DNA of 63,954 nucleotides, filler included, from an uncultured Acidimicrobiia bacterium (GTDB taxonomy: Bacteria; Actinomycetota; Acidimicrobiia; Spongiisociales; JAOTWH01), in the NCBI GenBank assembly GCA_964347285.1. It is 4 parts of 4 records of this genome, joined end to end, with 100 filler letters (N's around TTAATTAATTAA, not from the genome) between each part and the next. Parts side by side here need not be neighbours in the genome. Positions count along the whole stretch, not along the records: positions 34,184 to 51,097 come from CAYFYE010000058.1; positions 51,198 to 63,954 come from CAYFYE010000071.1; 2 more parts are not named here. The stretch is one strand, 5' to 3'. The notes beneath the pieces are model-generated. The model ran no database searches. It was not told the origin of the DNA and saw only the letters and a list, made by a program, of their open reading frames with translations. The translations under genes and the position numbers were made by a program. Shown here in pieces: positions 50,659 through 61,531 of the stretch (the stretch's first letter is position 1; the number at the start of each line of letters is the position of its first letter).

Positions 50659-51009
50659 CTAGAAGTAGCCCAGCTCGGTGCCCACCTTCTGGTAGCGCTG
50701 CATGATCTCGGTGACGAGTTCCCCGGCCGCGTAAAGCTGCCAGGTGAAGTCCTCGACGGCCAGAGCCGTCCGGCTCAGTAGCTCCATCCCTTCCTCGGAG
50801 TAGAGGATTCCGAGCAGCTCGTCGCGCTCGCCGCGCACGATGGTCATCCCGCCACCGGTGCGTTGCAGCACCTCAGGCTCGAGGCACTTGCCCTCGGCGG
50901 CCAGGCGGCCGAAGAAGGCCAGCCCGTCTGCGAACACCTCCAGGGCCCGCGATTCCCGACCGGCGATTGGAATGCCCCACGTGAACACGAGGGCCGTGTC
51001 GAATGCCAT
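50659..51009 (-). CDS. Hypothetical protein
   Basis: Coding-like ORF (W..P..GRE..ALEVF) with GGGGGTG RBS. Confidence 0.7.
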   Translation of the reverse strand: MAFDTALVFTWGIPIAGRESRALEVFADGLAFFGRLAAEGKCLEPEVLQRTGGGMTIVRGERDELLGILYSEEGMELLSRTALAVEDFTWQLYAAGELVTEIMQRYQKVGTELGYF

Positions 51010-51097
51010 GCTCACCCCCTGTCGACGGCACGGTGCCATGAGTAGGCATCCGCGGTCCCGAGTGCTAGGGCCGAAAGTCGTGGGAATTGCTGGAGGG

Positions 51098-51197
51098 NNN
51101 NNNNNNNNNNNNNNNNNNNNNNNNNNNNNNNNNNNNNNNNNTTAATTAATTAANNNNNNNNNNNNNNNNNNNNNNNNNNNNNNNNNNNNNNNNNNNN
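51098..51197. other. Artificial contig-join spacer
   Basis: N/TTAATTAATTAA/N, 100 nt. Confidence 0.99.
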
Positions 51198-53247
51198 GTC
51201 CGGCCGCCCTGGGGACCACCACCGCCCACACCGCCACCATCACCGACAACGAGTCGGCCACCGTGGCCTTCGCCGATCCCTCCTCGGCCTCCCTGGAAGG
51301 AGACGGAGAGGTGGTGGGGGTGAGGCTGACCACCACCGCCGGCACCACCTTGGCCGACGAGGTGGTGGTCGATGTGTCGGCCGCCGACGTGAGCACCGAG
51401 GCCGCCGACTACGCCCTGGCCACCCCGATCACCTTCCCGGCCGCCTCCGGCGACGGCACCACCATGGCGGTGCTCACCATTACCGACGACGCCCTGGTGG
51501 AGAGTCCCGAAGAGGTGGCCCTCACCCTGGAGGCGGTCTCGGCCGGTCCGGCCGCCCTGGGGACCACCACCGCCCACACCGCCACCATCACCGACAACGA
51601 CAGCGCCACGGTGTCGTTCCAGGCGACCTCGTCATCGGTGGACGAGAACGTGCCGGGGGCCGCCCACAGCGTCGAGGTGGTGCTCACCACCTCTACCCCC
51701 GGAGGCGGGATCGCCGATGCGGTGACGGTGACGGTGACCGATACCCCCGGCTCCGCTTCCACCCCCGCCGACTACACCCGGTCGTCGAGCTCGGTCACCT
51801 TCGGGGCCGGGGCGACGGATGGAGACCTCCAGGCGGTGTCGATCGACATCGCCGACGACCTGGCTTCGGAGGGCACCGAGGAGTTCACCCTGGAGCTGGG
51901 TTCGGTGACCGCCGGGCTGGCCACCATCGCCGCCCCCTCCACCCACACCGCCAGCATCATCGACGACGAGACCGCCAACGTGAGCTTCACGTGGGCCGCC
52001 GACTCCACCGACGAGGGAGCCGGCACCTACACCGCCCAGATCCAGCTCAACGTGCCCGGTGGGGGATCGATCGGAGCCCCGGTGACCGTGGCCATCTCCG
52101 ACACCGCCGGGACCGCCCTCACTCCCGACGACTACACCCTGGCCACCACATCGGTGACGTTCGTCACCGGGCAAGGCAGTGGCGCCACCCGCCCGGTAGA
52201 CGTCGCCGTCGCCCCCGACGCCCTCATCGAGTCCTCGGAGACCTTCACCTTGGAGCTGACGGTGACCTCGGGGCCGGCCGACGAAGGGGCCCTCCCCACC
52301 CAAGAGGTCACCATCACCGACGACGAGACTCCGGCCACGGCCGCCTTCGCCCCGGCCTCGTCGTCGGCCCCCGAGGCCGGAGGGGCTCATGCCGTCGAGG
52401 TGACTCTCGACACCGGCGGGGCCACCTTGGGCAGCGACGTGGTGGTCGACGTCACCGATGCCGGCACCGGTTCGGCCACCTCGGGCGCCGACTACGAGGC
52501 GGTGGGCACCAAGACGGTGACCTTCCCGGCGGGGGGCACCGGGGACACCGGATCGGTCTCCGTCGACCTCCTCGACGACCTGTTGGTGGAGGGCGACGAG
52601 GATATCGACCTGGCGCTGGCGGTCTCGGCCGNNNNNNNNNNNNNNNNNNNNNNNNNNNNNNNNNNNNNNNNNNNNNNNNNNNNNNNNNNNNNNNNNNNNN
52701 NNNNNNNNNNNNNNNNNNNNNNNNNNNNNNNGTCCGGCCGCCCTGGGGACCACCACCGCCCACACCGCCACCATCACCGACAACGAGTCGGCCACCGTGG
52801 CCTTCGCCGATCCCTCCTCGGCCTCCCTGGAAGGAGACGGAGAGGTGGTGGGGGTGAGGCTGACCACCACCGCCGGCACCACCTTGGCCGACGAGGTGGT
52901 GGTCGATGTGTCGGCCGCCGACGTGAGCACCGAGGCCGCCGACTACGCCCTGGCCACCCCGATCACCTTCCCGGCCGCCTCCGGCGACGGCACCACCATG
53001 GCGGTGCTCACCATTACCGACGACGCCCTGGTGGAGAGTCCCGAAGAGGTGGCCCTCACCCTGGAGGCGGTCTCGGCCGGTCCGGCCGCCCTGGGGACCA
53101 CCACCGCCCACACCGCCACCATCACCGACAACGACAGCGCCACGGTGTCGTTCCAGGCGACCTCGTCATCGGTGGACGAGAACGTGCCGGGGGCCACCCA
53201 CAGCGTCGAGGTGGTGCTCACCACCTCTACCCCCGGAGGCGGGATCG
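51198..53247 (+). repeat. Near-identical 516-bp direct repeat (51198-51713 and 52732-53247)
   Basis: Identical by eye except G51662 versus A53196. Confidence 0.9.
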
Positions 53248-55178
53248 AGGGAAGCGTCGCCGTTGGGGTGGGTGATCTACGCACCGGTTCTGCCGATGAC
53301 GTGGACGACTACGTCTTCTCGACCTCGTCGGTGATCTTTGCAGCCGGGTCTGGTGATGGGGCCGTCGGGCAGCTGTCGATCGACATCGTTGATGACGTTG
53401 CCGCCGAGGGCAATGAAGACATCAACCTGGGCCTCGGGCCGGTCATCAGCGGTGAAGCCACGGTAGGCGCCGTCGGTGTCCACGAGGTCATGATTGTCGA
53501 CGACGATGCAGCGACTCTCGCCTTTGCGGTTGGGGCCGCTTCGGTGCATGAGGAGGCGGGCACCCACACCGTGAACGTCGTGCTGTCGACGTCGACGCCG
53601 GGAGGCTCGATAGCTGCGCCGATAACCGTGGCAGTCAACGGCAGGCCGGGTTCCGCTTCCAGCCCTGCCGACTACGCGGTCGACGATGCGAGCGTCACAT
53701 TCCCGGCCGGCTCGGGTGACGGAGCGGTCGAGCCGGTTACGGTCACACTCGTGGCCGATGGAGTCCTCGAGCCGACGGAAGCACTGAGTCTCGAACTCCA
53801 GGCACCCACCGTGGGGGCGGTCCTCGAGCATCCTTTCGTCCATACCCTCTCGATCATCGACAACGAGGGCCCCAGCGTGGTTGCCGGGGTCGACCAAAGC
53901 GTTCTCGAAGGGACGCCGGTGTCGATCTCGTCGGCGATCAGCGATCCCGATGCCCTCGACAGCCTCACCGCGACGGTCGATTGGGGCGATGGTGTCGTCG
54001 AGAGGTCCCCGGGAGTGGCCGGGCCCCACGGCGGATCCCACGTCTACGTGGACGAAGGATCGGGTGCCTACACCGTGACCGTCGCCGTCACCGATTCTCT
54101 CGGCCTCTCCGCCGGCGACTCCCTGACCGTCTTCGTGGCCAACGATGCACCCAACTTCACCTCATTCGGGATTTTCGATTCCGCCGGCAACCCCACCATC
54201 GATTTCATTGCCGGGGACACCGCGACGTTCTCGGGAGCCTTCACCGACGCCGGAAGCACCGATGCCCACACGCTGACGATCGACTGGGGCGACGGAATCG
54301 TCGACACCGTTCCCCTGCCGCTTGGTGCCCGCTCCTTTTCGACGGGCCACGTCTACCTCGACCCACCGGCGAGCGGCGACCGTTTCTCGGCCCGGGTGAC
54401 GATCGACGATGGCGACGGCGGCACCGACACGTTGGCCGGGCCGGTGCGCGTCGACTCCGGTATAGGGGTGAACACCGTCGGCCTCGTCGACACCGGTCAG
54501 GGCCAGTGGCACCTGATCATGCCCGACGGTGGCGTTACCAGCTTCTACTTCGGCAACCCGTTCGACGTTCCGGTGGTGGGCGACTGGAACTGCGACGGCA
54601 TCGAGACGCCGGGTTTGTTCCGGCTCTCGGATGCCTTCTTCTACCTGCGCGATTCCAACGATCAGGGGGTCGCCACCCGGCGGTTCTTCGCCGGCGATCC
54701 CAATGACGTACCGCTGGCGGGTGACTTCGACGGCGACGGTTGCGGCGAAGTGGCCCTGTACCGGCCGTCGACGCAGCAGTTCTTCATCTTCTTCGAGCTG
54801 GGCGCCAACGAAGGGGGCCTCGGCGCAGCAAACGTGACCTTCGGGTTCGGAAACCCGGGGGACACACCGGTCGTCGGCGACTGGGACGGCGACGGGGCAG
54901 ACGAGATCGGCCTCTATCGGGAGAGCACCGGCTTCTTCTACTACCGCAACAGCCTGACCACCGGCGTGGCCGACGGGCAGTTTTTCTTCGGCAATCCGCT
55001 CGACAAGTTCATAGCCGGTGACTGGATCGCTACCAGTTCCGATGCTCCCGGCGTGTATCGCCCCGCCGACGGACGCTTCTACCTCAAATATGCCCTCGTC
55101 GAAGGCAATGCCGACGCCGCCTTCCCGTTCGGCAACCCGTGGTGGGTTCCCGTGGCCGGGGTGTTCGGGGCCTCCTAG
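51198..55178 (+). CDS. Giant surface protein, 5' partial: Calx-beta repeats, two PKD-like domains and a C-terminal GDWDGDG-repeat domain; interrupted by a scaffold gap
   Basis: Repeated ...ADY...VTF...DD.L.E..E.F.L.L...ITDND units, VDWGDG, and GDWNCDG/GDFDGDG/GDWDGDG. The two ORF halves join in frame if the 100 N are removed. Confidence 0.85.
52632..52731. other. Scaffold gap (100 N)
   Basis: N run without the linker sequence. Confidence 0.99.
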
Positions 55179-55319
55179 CGGCCGGCCGACGCCGTCGGTC
55201 ATCGGGCGCGACCGACGGCCGCGCCGGCGGCAACCTTCCGGCGGTTTCTTCGAGATTCAGGGGTCCGGGTCAGCACGGCCGGCGCTAGGGTCGCCCCGCA
55301 CCCGATGGTGAGGAGCCGC

Positions 55320-57896
55320 ATGCAGCGTGACGTTCTGACCCGACAAGAAGCAGAAGCCCGGGCCGCCCAGATCGATGCCGTGTCCTACCGCATCGAGCTC
55401 GATCTGCGAGCCGGGGCCAAGGAGTACCGCGGGAAGGCGACCGTCCGGTTCGAGCACAGCGGCGGCGATACGTTCCTCGAATTCGTCGGTGGGACCATCG
55501 ACGACTTCGAAATCAACGGAGCCGCTGTGGAACCGCAGTGGGACGGGTACCGAATAGCCCTCCCGGCCCGGCTGCTGAGGGAGCAAAACGAGGTCAGCGT
55601 CTCCTACGTCAATGCCTTCGATCGGGCCGGCGAGGGCTTTCATCAGTTCTTCGATCCGGAGGACGGGGCCGAGTACATCTACAGCATGTTGGAGCCCTAC
55701 GGGGCTCATCGCCTGTATCCCTGCTTCGACCAACCCGACCTCAAGGCCACCTTCGAGTTGATCGTGACTGCGCCCGATGACTGGTCGGTGATCTCATCGG
55801 GGAGGCTTTCCGAAGCGGAACCCGCCGACGACGGTCGGGTGCGCCGCTCCTATGAGCGCACCGTGCCGTTCAGCACCTACCTCTTCTCGGTCATCGCCGG
55901 GCCGTTCCATTTGACCCTGGACGAGCACAACGGGCTGCCGCTCGGGCTGTACTGCCGGGCGTCGATGGCCGAGTATCTCGATGCCGAAGAGCTGTTTTCG
56001 ATCTCCAAGGACGGCCTCGATTTCTTCTCCCGGTTGTTCGGGCGCCCGTACCCATTCACCAAATACGACCAGGTGTTCGCTCCCGAGTTCAACTGGGGTG
56101 GCATGGAGAACGTGGCCGCCGTGGTCTACACCGATGCGCTCGTCTTTCGGGATCCGCCCACGCGCGACCAGCGGGTCCGCCGAGCCGAGGTCCTCCTCCA
56201 CGAGCTGGCCCACATGTGGTTCGGCGATCTGGTGACGATGAAGTGGTGGGACGACCTGTGGCTCAACGAGTCGTTCGCCACCTTCGTCGCCTATCTGGCC
56301 ATGGCCGATTCCGGACGCTGGCACGAGGTGTGGCAGGACTTCAACGCCCGCAACAAGCTCGGCGCCTATCGGGACGATCAACGCCCGACCACCCATCCTG
56401 TTGCGGCCCAGGTGGCCAACACCCACGAAGTCTTCCTCAACTTCGATCAGATCACCTACGGAAAGGGGGCCTCGGTCCTTCGCCAGTTGATGACCACGAT
56501 CGGTGAGGAAGCGTTCGCAGCCGGCCTACGTACCTACTTCCGGCGCTACGAGTTCGCCAACAGCACCCTGGCCGACTTCCTGGCCGCCCTCCAAGACGGG
56601 AGCGGTCGGGATCTGGCGGGCTGGGCGGCCCGATGGCTGACCACCGCCTCCGTCAACACGCTCTCGGTGGAGTGGGCGCCGACCGCCGACCGCCTCAGCG
56701 GGATCGTGCTGCACCAGCGTGCTCCCGACGACTTCCCCACCCTCCGTCCTCATGCCGTCGAGGTGGGAGTCGTCTCGGAAACTCCCGTCGGGCTCCACGT
56801 GGACGCCCTGCCGGCATCGATCGAGGGGCCGACTGTCCCGGTTCCGGAAGCGGCCGGCCTGGCGTCCCCGGTGATGGTGTTTCCCAATCACCGCGATCTC
56901 ACCTATGCGAAGGTGGATCTCGATTCGGTGTCGCTGCAGTTCGTGCACCGCTCCTTGCACGCCGTCGATGACGACTTGCTGCGCCACCAACTGTGGCAAT
57001 CGCTGTGGGAGATGGTGCGCGACCGAACGCTTCCATCGCTCGACTACCTGAAGGCCGTCGAGCGCCACCTGCCGGTGGAGCGGAGCGATCAGATCGTCAA
57101 GATGGTCCTCGCCACGGCCGCCGGAACGCTGGCCCGGTACATCCCCGAAGCCATGAAGGATCGGAACATCCGTTCCTTCGTGTCGATGTGCCGAAGGGCC
57201 ATCGACGATGCACCGCCCGGAGACCTCCGCGTACTGTGGGCCCGCGCACTCATCGGTGCTGCCTCTCACCCCGACGATCTGGAGATGGCGGGGCGCATCG
57301 TGGACGGAAAAGAGGCCGGCGAGGGTCTGGCGGTCGATCAGGACATGCGATGGGAGCTGGCGGTGCGTTGGTCGGCCCACGGCGTGGAGGGGGAGGCGGC
57401 CCGGGTCGCGTCCGAGGCCGAGCGGGACCCCTCGGACCGGGGCAAACGGGCACTGGTGCGGGCCGAAGTCTCCCGACCCGACCCCGCAGCCAAAGCCGAG
57501 GCATGGGAGAAGCTGCACGCATCCGGCTACGAGTCCCTGGCGACGGCTCGAGCCGCGATGGCCGGCTTTCAGTGGTGGAAGCAGCGCCCCCTGCTGGATC
57601 GCTATGTGCAGGAGTTCTTCGCACGCATCGAGGACATCATCAACGATTGGGAGTGGGAGGCGGCCAAGGCCTACTTCTACGGCCTGCATCCCCGCTACCG
57701 AGTCGACGCCGAGCTGCTGGGAGCCACTGCGGCCCTCACCGACGCCGCCGATCCACGATTGCAGCGGCTGGCCATCGAGGCGGTTGACGACCTCGAGCGA
57801 GCACTGGCATGCCGTGCCTTGGCCGAGGCCTCTCTTCCCGATGCCACCGCCCGGCCGGTCCCCCCACACCCCGGGAATGGTCCGAGGCCCTCATAG
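55320..57896 (+). CDS. pepN: Aminopeptidase N (M1)
   Basis: GGMEN and HELAHMWFGDLVTMKWWDDLWLNESFA. Confidence 0.95.
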   Translation: MQRDVLTRQEAEARAAQIDAVSYRIELDLRAGAKEYRGKATVRFEHSGGDTFLEFVGGTIDDFEINGAAVEPQWDGYRIALPARLLREQNEVSVSYVNAFDRAGEGFHQFFDPEDGAEYIYSMLEPYGAHRLYPCFDQPDLKATFELIVTAPDDWSVISSGRLSEAEPADDGRVRRSYERTVPFSTYLFSVIAGPFHLTLDEHNGLPLGLYCRASMAEYLDAEELFSISKDGLDFFSRLFGRPYPFTKYDQVFAPEFNWGGMENVAAVVYTDALVFRDPPTRDQRVRRAEVLLHELAHMWFGDLVTMKWWDDLWLNESFATFVAYLAMADSGRWHEVWQDFNARNKLGAYRDDQRPTTHPVAAQVANTHEVFLNFDQITYGKGASVLRQLMTTIGEEAFAAGLRTYFRRYEFANSTLADFLAALQDGSGRDLAGWAARWLTTASVNTLSVEWAPTADRLSGIVLHQRAPDDFPTLRPHAVEVGVVSETPVGLHVDALPASIEGPTVPVPEAAGLASPVMVFPNHRDLTYAKVDLDSVSLQFVHRSLHAVDDDLLRHQLWQSLWEMVRDRTLPSLDYLKAVERHLPVERSDQIVKMVLATAAGTLARYIPEAMKDRNIRSFVSMCRRAIDDAPPGDLRVLWARALIGAASHPDDLEMAGRIVDGKEAGEGLAVDQDMRWELAVRWSAHGVEGEAARVASEAERDPSDRGKRALVRAEVSRPDPAAKAEAWEKLHASGYESLATARAAMAGFQWWKQRPLLDRYVQEFFARIEDIINDWEWEAAKAYFYGLHPRYRVDAELLGATAALTDAADPRLQRLAIEAVDDLERALACRALAEASLPDATARPVPPHPGNGPRPS

Positions 57897-57941
57897 AGGG
57901 TCGTCGGCCGTGGTGTCGGTGGCGAGTACCATTCCGGCCTC

Positions 57942-58280
57942 GTGAGCACGGTCCTCGCCAAGAGCCCCGTCGACGAGATGCCGCCCGAGGTCGTCGATCA
58001 GCTTCCCACCGACGTGGTCCAGGACCTCGCCGAAGGGGTCATCGAGAAGATCCCCGAAGAGGTGATCGACCGCCTCCCGGAGTCGGTGGTCGACCGGATC
58101 CCGGACCACCTCCTGGAGGCGGTGGGGGCCGACCCCTTGCTGGCCGGAATCCTGGTCGGAGTGGGGGCTCTGGCAGTCGTCGTGTTCCTGTGGGGGGTGG
58201 TGAAGAGCGCCTGGAAGGCCGCCTTCTTCGCCGTCGTGGTGGGCGGGGCCGCCTGGTTCTGGTACTTCAACATCCGCTAG
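57942..58280 (+). CDS. Small membrane protein with N-terminal 8-aa repeats
   Basis: (L/I/M)P.(E/D/S)V(V/I)D repeats followed by two TM helices. Confidence 0.7.
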   Translation: MSTVLAKSPVDEMPPEVVDQLPTDVVQDLAEGVIEKIPEEVIDRLPESVVDRIPDHLLEAVGADPLLAGILVGVGALAVVVFLWGVVKSAWKAAFFAVVVGGAAWFWYFNIR

Positions 58281-58726
58281 GGGACGACGATCACCGGGCA
58301 GTCGGAGGTATGCACTACCCGATCGGCCACCGAGCCCACGACGACACGTTCGAGGATCCCGGCACCACGGCGTCCCACGACGAGCACGTCGGCGCCTTGC
58401 TCGCGGCAATACTCCACGAGCCGGCCGGCCGGATCCCCGATCTCTTCGACGACCTCCCATTGCAGGCCGTCGAGGTCGAGGCTTTCCACTGTCTGGTCGA
58501 GAACCTGTCGCTGCGCCTTGCTCAGCGCAGCAGCCATCGATTCGGCCGATGGGGGGGAACCGACGACGCCCCACCATCCTTCAGGAGGCCGAACCACGGT
58601 CACAACGTGGAGGCGGGCCTCATGATGGCGAGCCAGGGACGCAGCTAGCTGAGCGGCCCGTACGCTGGTCTCGGAACCGTCGGTTCCCACCACCACCAAT
58701 CCTGGAAGCCATTGTTCCTCGGTCAC
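58277..58726 (-). CDS. Universal stress protein
   Basis: VVGTDGS, GDPA and VVGRRG...GSVADRVV. Confidence 0.93.
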   Translation of the reverse strand: MTEEQWLPGLVVVGTDGSETSVRAAQLAASLARHHEARLHVVTVVRPPEGWWGVVGSPPSAESMAAALSKAQRQVLDQTVESLDLDGLQWEVVEEIGDPAGRLVEYCREQGADVLVVGRRGAGILERVVVGSVADRVVHTSDCPVIVVP

Positions 58727-58823
58727 GGCGATAACCCCTCAATCGTCTGACCTCACGGTACCGGACGGTCGCTGCCTTGGAGGTCGCTCGAGCAGCGGGC
58801 ACAATGTGGCAGCGAAGGATGTG

Positions 58824-60413
58824 ATGCGACCCAAAGTCGTTATAGCCGAGCCCATCTCGGATGCGGGGATCAAAGCACTCGAAGAGGCCTGCGATGTCGA
58901 TCTGGCGATCGACGTCCCGCGTTCCGATCTGATCGGACGTTTGGGCAACGCCGAGGGCCTCGTGGTGCGCTCGGCCACCGAAGTCGATGCCGACCTCATC
59001 GGAGCCGCCCCATCTTTGCGGGTGATCGGCCGAGCCGGAATAGGCGTGGACAACATCGACGTCGATGCGGCCACCACCGCCGGGGTGATGGTGGTCAACG
59101 CCCCCCAGGCCAACACGATCTCGGCGGCCGAGCACACCATGGCCCTCTTGCTGGCCCAAGCCCGCCGGGTGGCCGAGGCCGACGCCTCCGTGAGGGCCGG
59201 ACATTGGGAGCGGAAGGCACTGAAAGGGGTCGAGCTCCACGGCAAGACCCTGGGGCTGATTGGGCTGGGCCGAATCGGGTCCCTGGTGGCCGAGCGAGCG
59301 GCCGCCTTCGGGATGCGCGTGATTGCATCGGACCCATACATCGGCCCGGAGCGGGCCCGCCGACTCGGGGTAGAGCTGGCCAACCTCGACCAGCTCTACC
59401 GCGAAGCAGACTTCATCTCGATCCATGTGCCGCGCACGCCCGAGACCGAGCGGCTCATCGATGCCAGAGCGTTCGACAAGATGAAGCCGGGAGTCCGCAT
59501 CGTGAATACCTCGCGCGGCGGGGTGGTCGATGAGAAGGCGCTCGCCGAAGCCATCCAGTCGGGGCGGGTCGCGGGGGCGGCGCTCGACGTGTTCTCGGAG
59601 GAGCCCCCCGCCGACAGTGCTCTCTTTTCGCTTCCCAGCGTCGTCATGACGCCCCACCTGGGTGCCTCTACCGGCGAGGCTCAGGACCGGGCCGGCACCA
59701 CTGTGGCTGAAGCGGTGGCGGCGGCGCTGCGCGGGGAATTGGTGCCGAGCGCGGTGAACCTCGATCTCGGACCAGAGGTCGCAGATGAGGTCCGTCCCTT
59801 CCTGCCGATCGCCGAGCAGCTCGGGCAGATATTCGTCGTTCTGGCCGAAGGGCTCCCTTCGCGCCTGGTGATCAGGGCCGAGGGCCACATCGGGGAAGGC
59901 CCGATCCGGCCCCTCGCTCTGGCCGCCCTCAAAGGGGCACTCTCGGGAGTGTCTGCTGTCGGCGTGTCGTATGTGAACGCTGCCAAGCTCGCTGAGCAAC
60001 GGGGCATCACCGTTGACACGGAGGCGTCGCCGGCGCCCGAAGCCTATGTGTCACTGGTTCGACTCAGCGGCGACGTCGGCGGCCGGCCGGTGAGCGTGGC
60101 CGCCACCATTCTCGCTCGCAAGGGCCCGGTGCTGATCGAGATATTCGACTACGAGATCGAGCTGCCGCTGACTCGCTACCTGCTGATCGTGGCCAACGAG
60201 GATGTCCCCGGGGTCATCGGACGGTTGGGGACTTATCTGGGTGAGATGGGGATCAACATCGCCAACATGGTCGTTGGTCGGGCTGCGGACGGGGCGGCAG
60301 CCATGATGGGCCTCAACCTCGACCAACCGCTCGGCGACGAACAGGTCGAAGGACTGCGCAATCTCGACGGCATCGCCGGGGCCCGATTCATCGACCTCGG
60401 CGAGCGGGCCTAG
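58824..60413 (+). CDS. serA: D-3-phosphoglycerate dehydrogenase
   Basis: RAGIGVDNID, GLGRIG, TPHLGAST and C-terminal ASB/ACT domains. Confidence 0.95.
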   Translation: MRPKVVIAEPISDAGIKALEEACDVDLAIDVPRSDLIGRLGNAEGLVVRSATEVDADLIGAAPSLRVIGRAGIGVDNIDVDAATTAGVMVVNAPQANTISAAEHTMALLLAQARRVAEADASVRAGHWERKALKGVELHGKTLGLIGLGRIGSLVAERAAAFGMRVIASDPYIGPERARRLGVELANLDQLYREADFISIHVPRTPETERLIDARAFDKMKPGVRIVNTSRGGVVDEKALAEAIQSGRVAGAALDVFSEEPPADSALFSLPSVVMTPHLGASTGEAQDRAGTTVAEAVAAALRGELVPSAVNLDLGPEVADEVRPFLPIAEQLGQIFVVLAEGLPSRLVIRAEGHIGEGPIRPLALAALKGALSGVSAVGVSYVNAAKLAEQRGITVDTEASPAPEAYVSLVRLSGDVGGRPVSVAATILARKGPVLIEIFDYEIELPLTRYLLIVANEDVPGVIGRLGTYLGEMGINIANMVVGRAADGAAAMMGLNLDQPLGDEQVEGLRNLDGIAGARFIDLGERA

Positions 60414-60862
60414 CCGAACACCGCTTGGAGGATCCAGCCGATCGCCAGGCCGTAGAGGCCGGCCACCACGTCGTCGGCGGTGACGCCGACGGCTCCGGGT
60501 AGTTGCTCGGCGGCAGCCACCCCGGGCGGCAGCTTGGTGATGTCGCCGATGCGGGCCACCACCAAGGCCGTCAGCCAGGGCCAACCTCGCAACCCAATGA
60601 GTGCAACCAGGGTTCCGGCCACTTCGTCGATGGCAACCCATCCCGGATCCGCTCCCTCGGCTGCGAAAGGGGCTGCGGACCACAGAGCAAGCCCGATGGC
60701 CGCCAGAGCGGCCGTCAGACCCACGACCACCGGAATGTCCCAGAGGAGAAGTGACAGTCCGGCCGCCGGTACGGCTCCCAGGGTCCCCGCGCCGGAGTCG
60801 TTGCCCCACAGCCGGCGAGGGAGAAGGCCGAGGCCGAGGACGGAGGCGACCAGGCGGCGCAT
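60410..60862 (-). CDS. pgpA: Phosphatidylglycerophosphatase A family
   Basis: GTLG, DPGWVAIDEVAG, RIGDITK and GVTADDVVAG. Confidence 0.85.
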   Translation of the reverse strand: MRRLVASVLGLGLLPRRLWGNDSGAGTLGAVPAAGLSLLLWDIPVVVGLTAALAAIGLALWSAAPFAAEGADPGWVAIDEVAGTLVALIGLRGWPWLTALVVARIGDITKLPPGVAAAEQLPGAVGVTADDVVAGLYGLAIGWILQAVFG

Positions 60863-60963
60863 CGCCGGCAGGCTAGCGACGGCCACCGCCCCGACTCACC
60901 TGCAAACATAGGGGCGCCGTAGCCGGCCGGGTGATGCCTATCGTCATTGGTTGGGATTAGACA

Positions 60964-61488
60964 TTGGGTCAGCAACCGAACATCGAGCTCAGGATCGAGG
61001 ACTTGCCCCGGCCGGTGCCCGAGCCGGCCGCGCCCCGTCGCTGGGCGCCGGGCCGACCCGGCGAACTGGATGGCCCCGACAAAGTGCCCTGGGGCGGGAT
61101 GTACGGCAGGCCGGGACCTGATACCGGCTATGCGCTGAAGCTCGTTTCCGCTCGCAGCCCACAATTGCGTCGAGGCGAGCGCCGCGCCGACGTCGATGCC
61201 GGGTTGGCGGCCGTCGCCGCAGCTCGCGCCAGTCGCTTGGGTCGAGCGCCCACGGGCCAAGACGTCGATGTGGCGATGCTGGTGCTGGGCTTTGATCCGG
61301 ACGGCATCCCTGGAGCACTCATCAACCATCTCGCCGAAGGCCGGACTCGGTGGTTCGCCAACCTGGCCCATCGTCCGGCCAAGGCCGATCGGCTCGTGGC
61401 AGCGGTGTCCGTCGAGATCCTCGAGTCGTCGCCGGAGGAGATCCGGGACCGCATGCGCCGCGGCGAACGCCTCGTCGATTATCGATGA
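60964..61488 (+). CDS. Hypothetical protein
   Basis: Coding-like ORF with W.PGRPGEL, G.PGPDTGYAL and RAS..GRAP. Confidence 0.7.
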   Translation: MGQQPNIELRIEDLPRPVPEPAAPRRWAPGRPGELDGPDKVPWGGMYGRPGPDTGYALKLVSARSPQLRRGERRADVDAGLAAVAAARASRLGRAPTGQDVDVAMLVLGFDPDGIPGALINHLAEGRTRWFANLAHRPAKADRLVAAVSVEILESSPEEIRDRMRRGERLVDYR

Positions 61489-61531
61489 GGACCTCCCGGC
61501 AACCACGCATCGATGGTGGGAGCGATATCTG

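Noticed and set aside
51198..53247. Direct repeats as CRISPR or mobile element
   Set aside because: They are in-frame coding domain repeats. No spacers, cas genes or transposase occur anywhere in the window.
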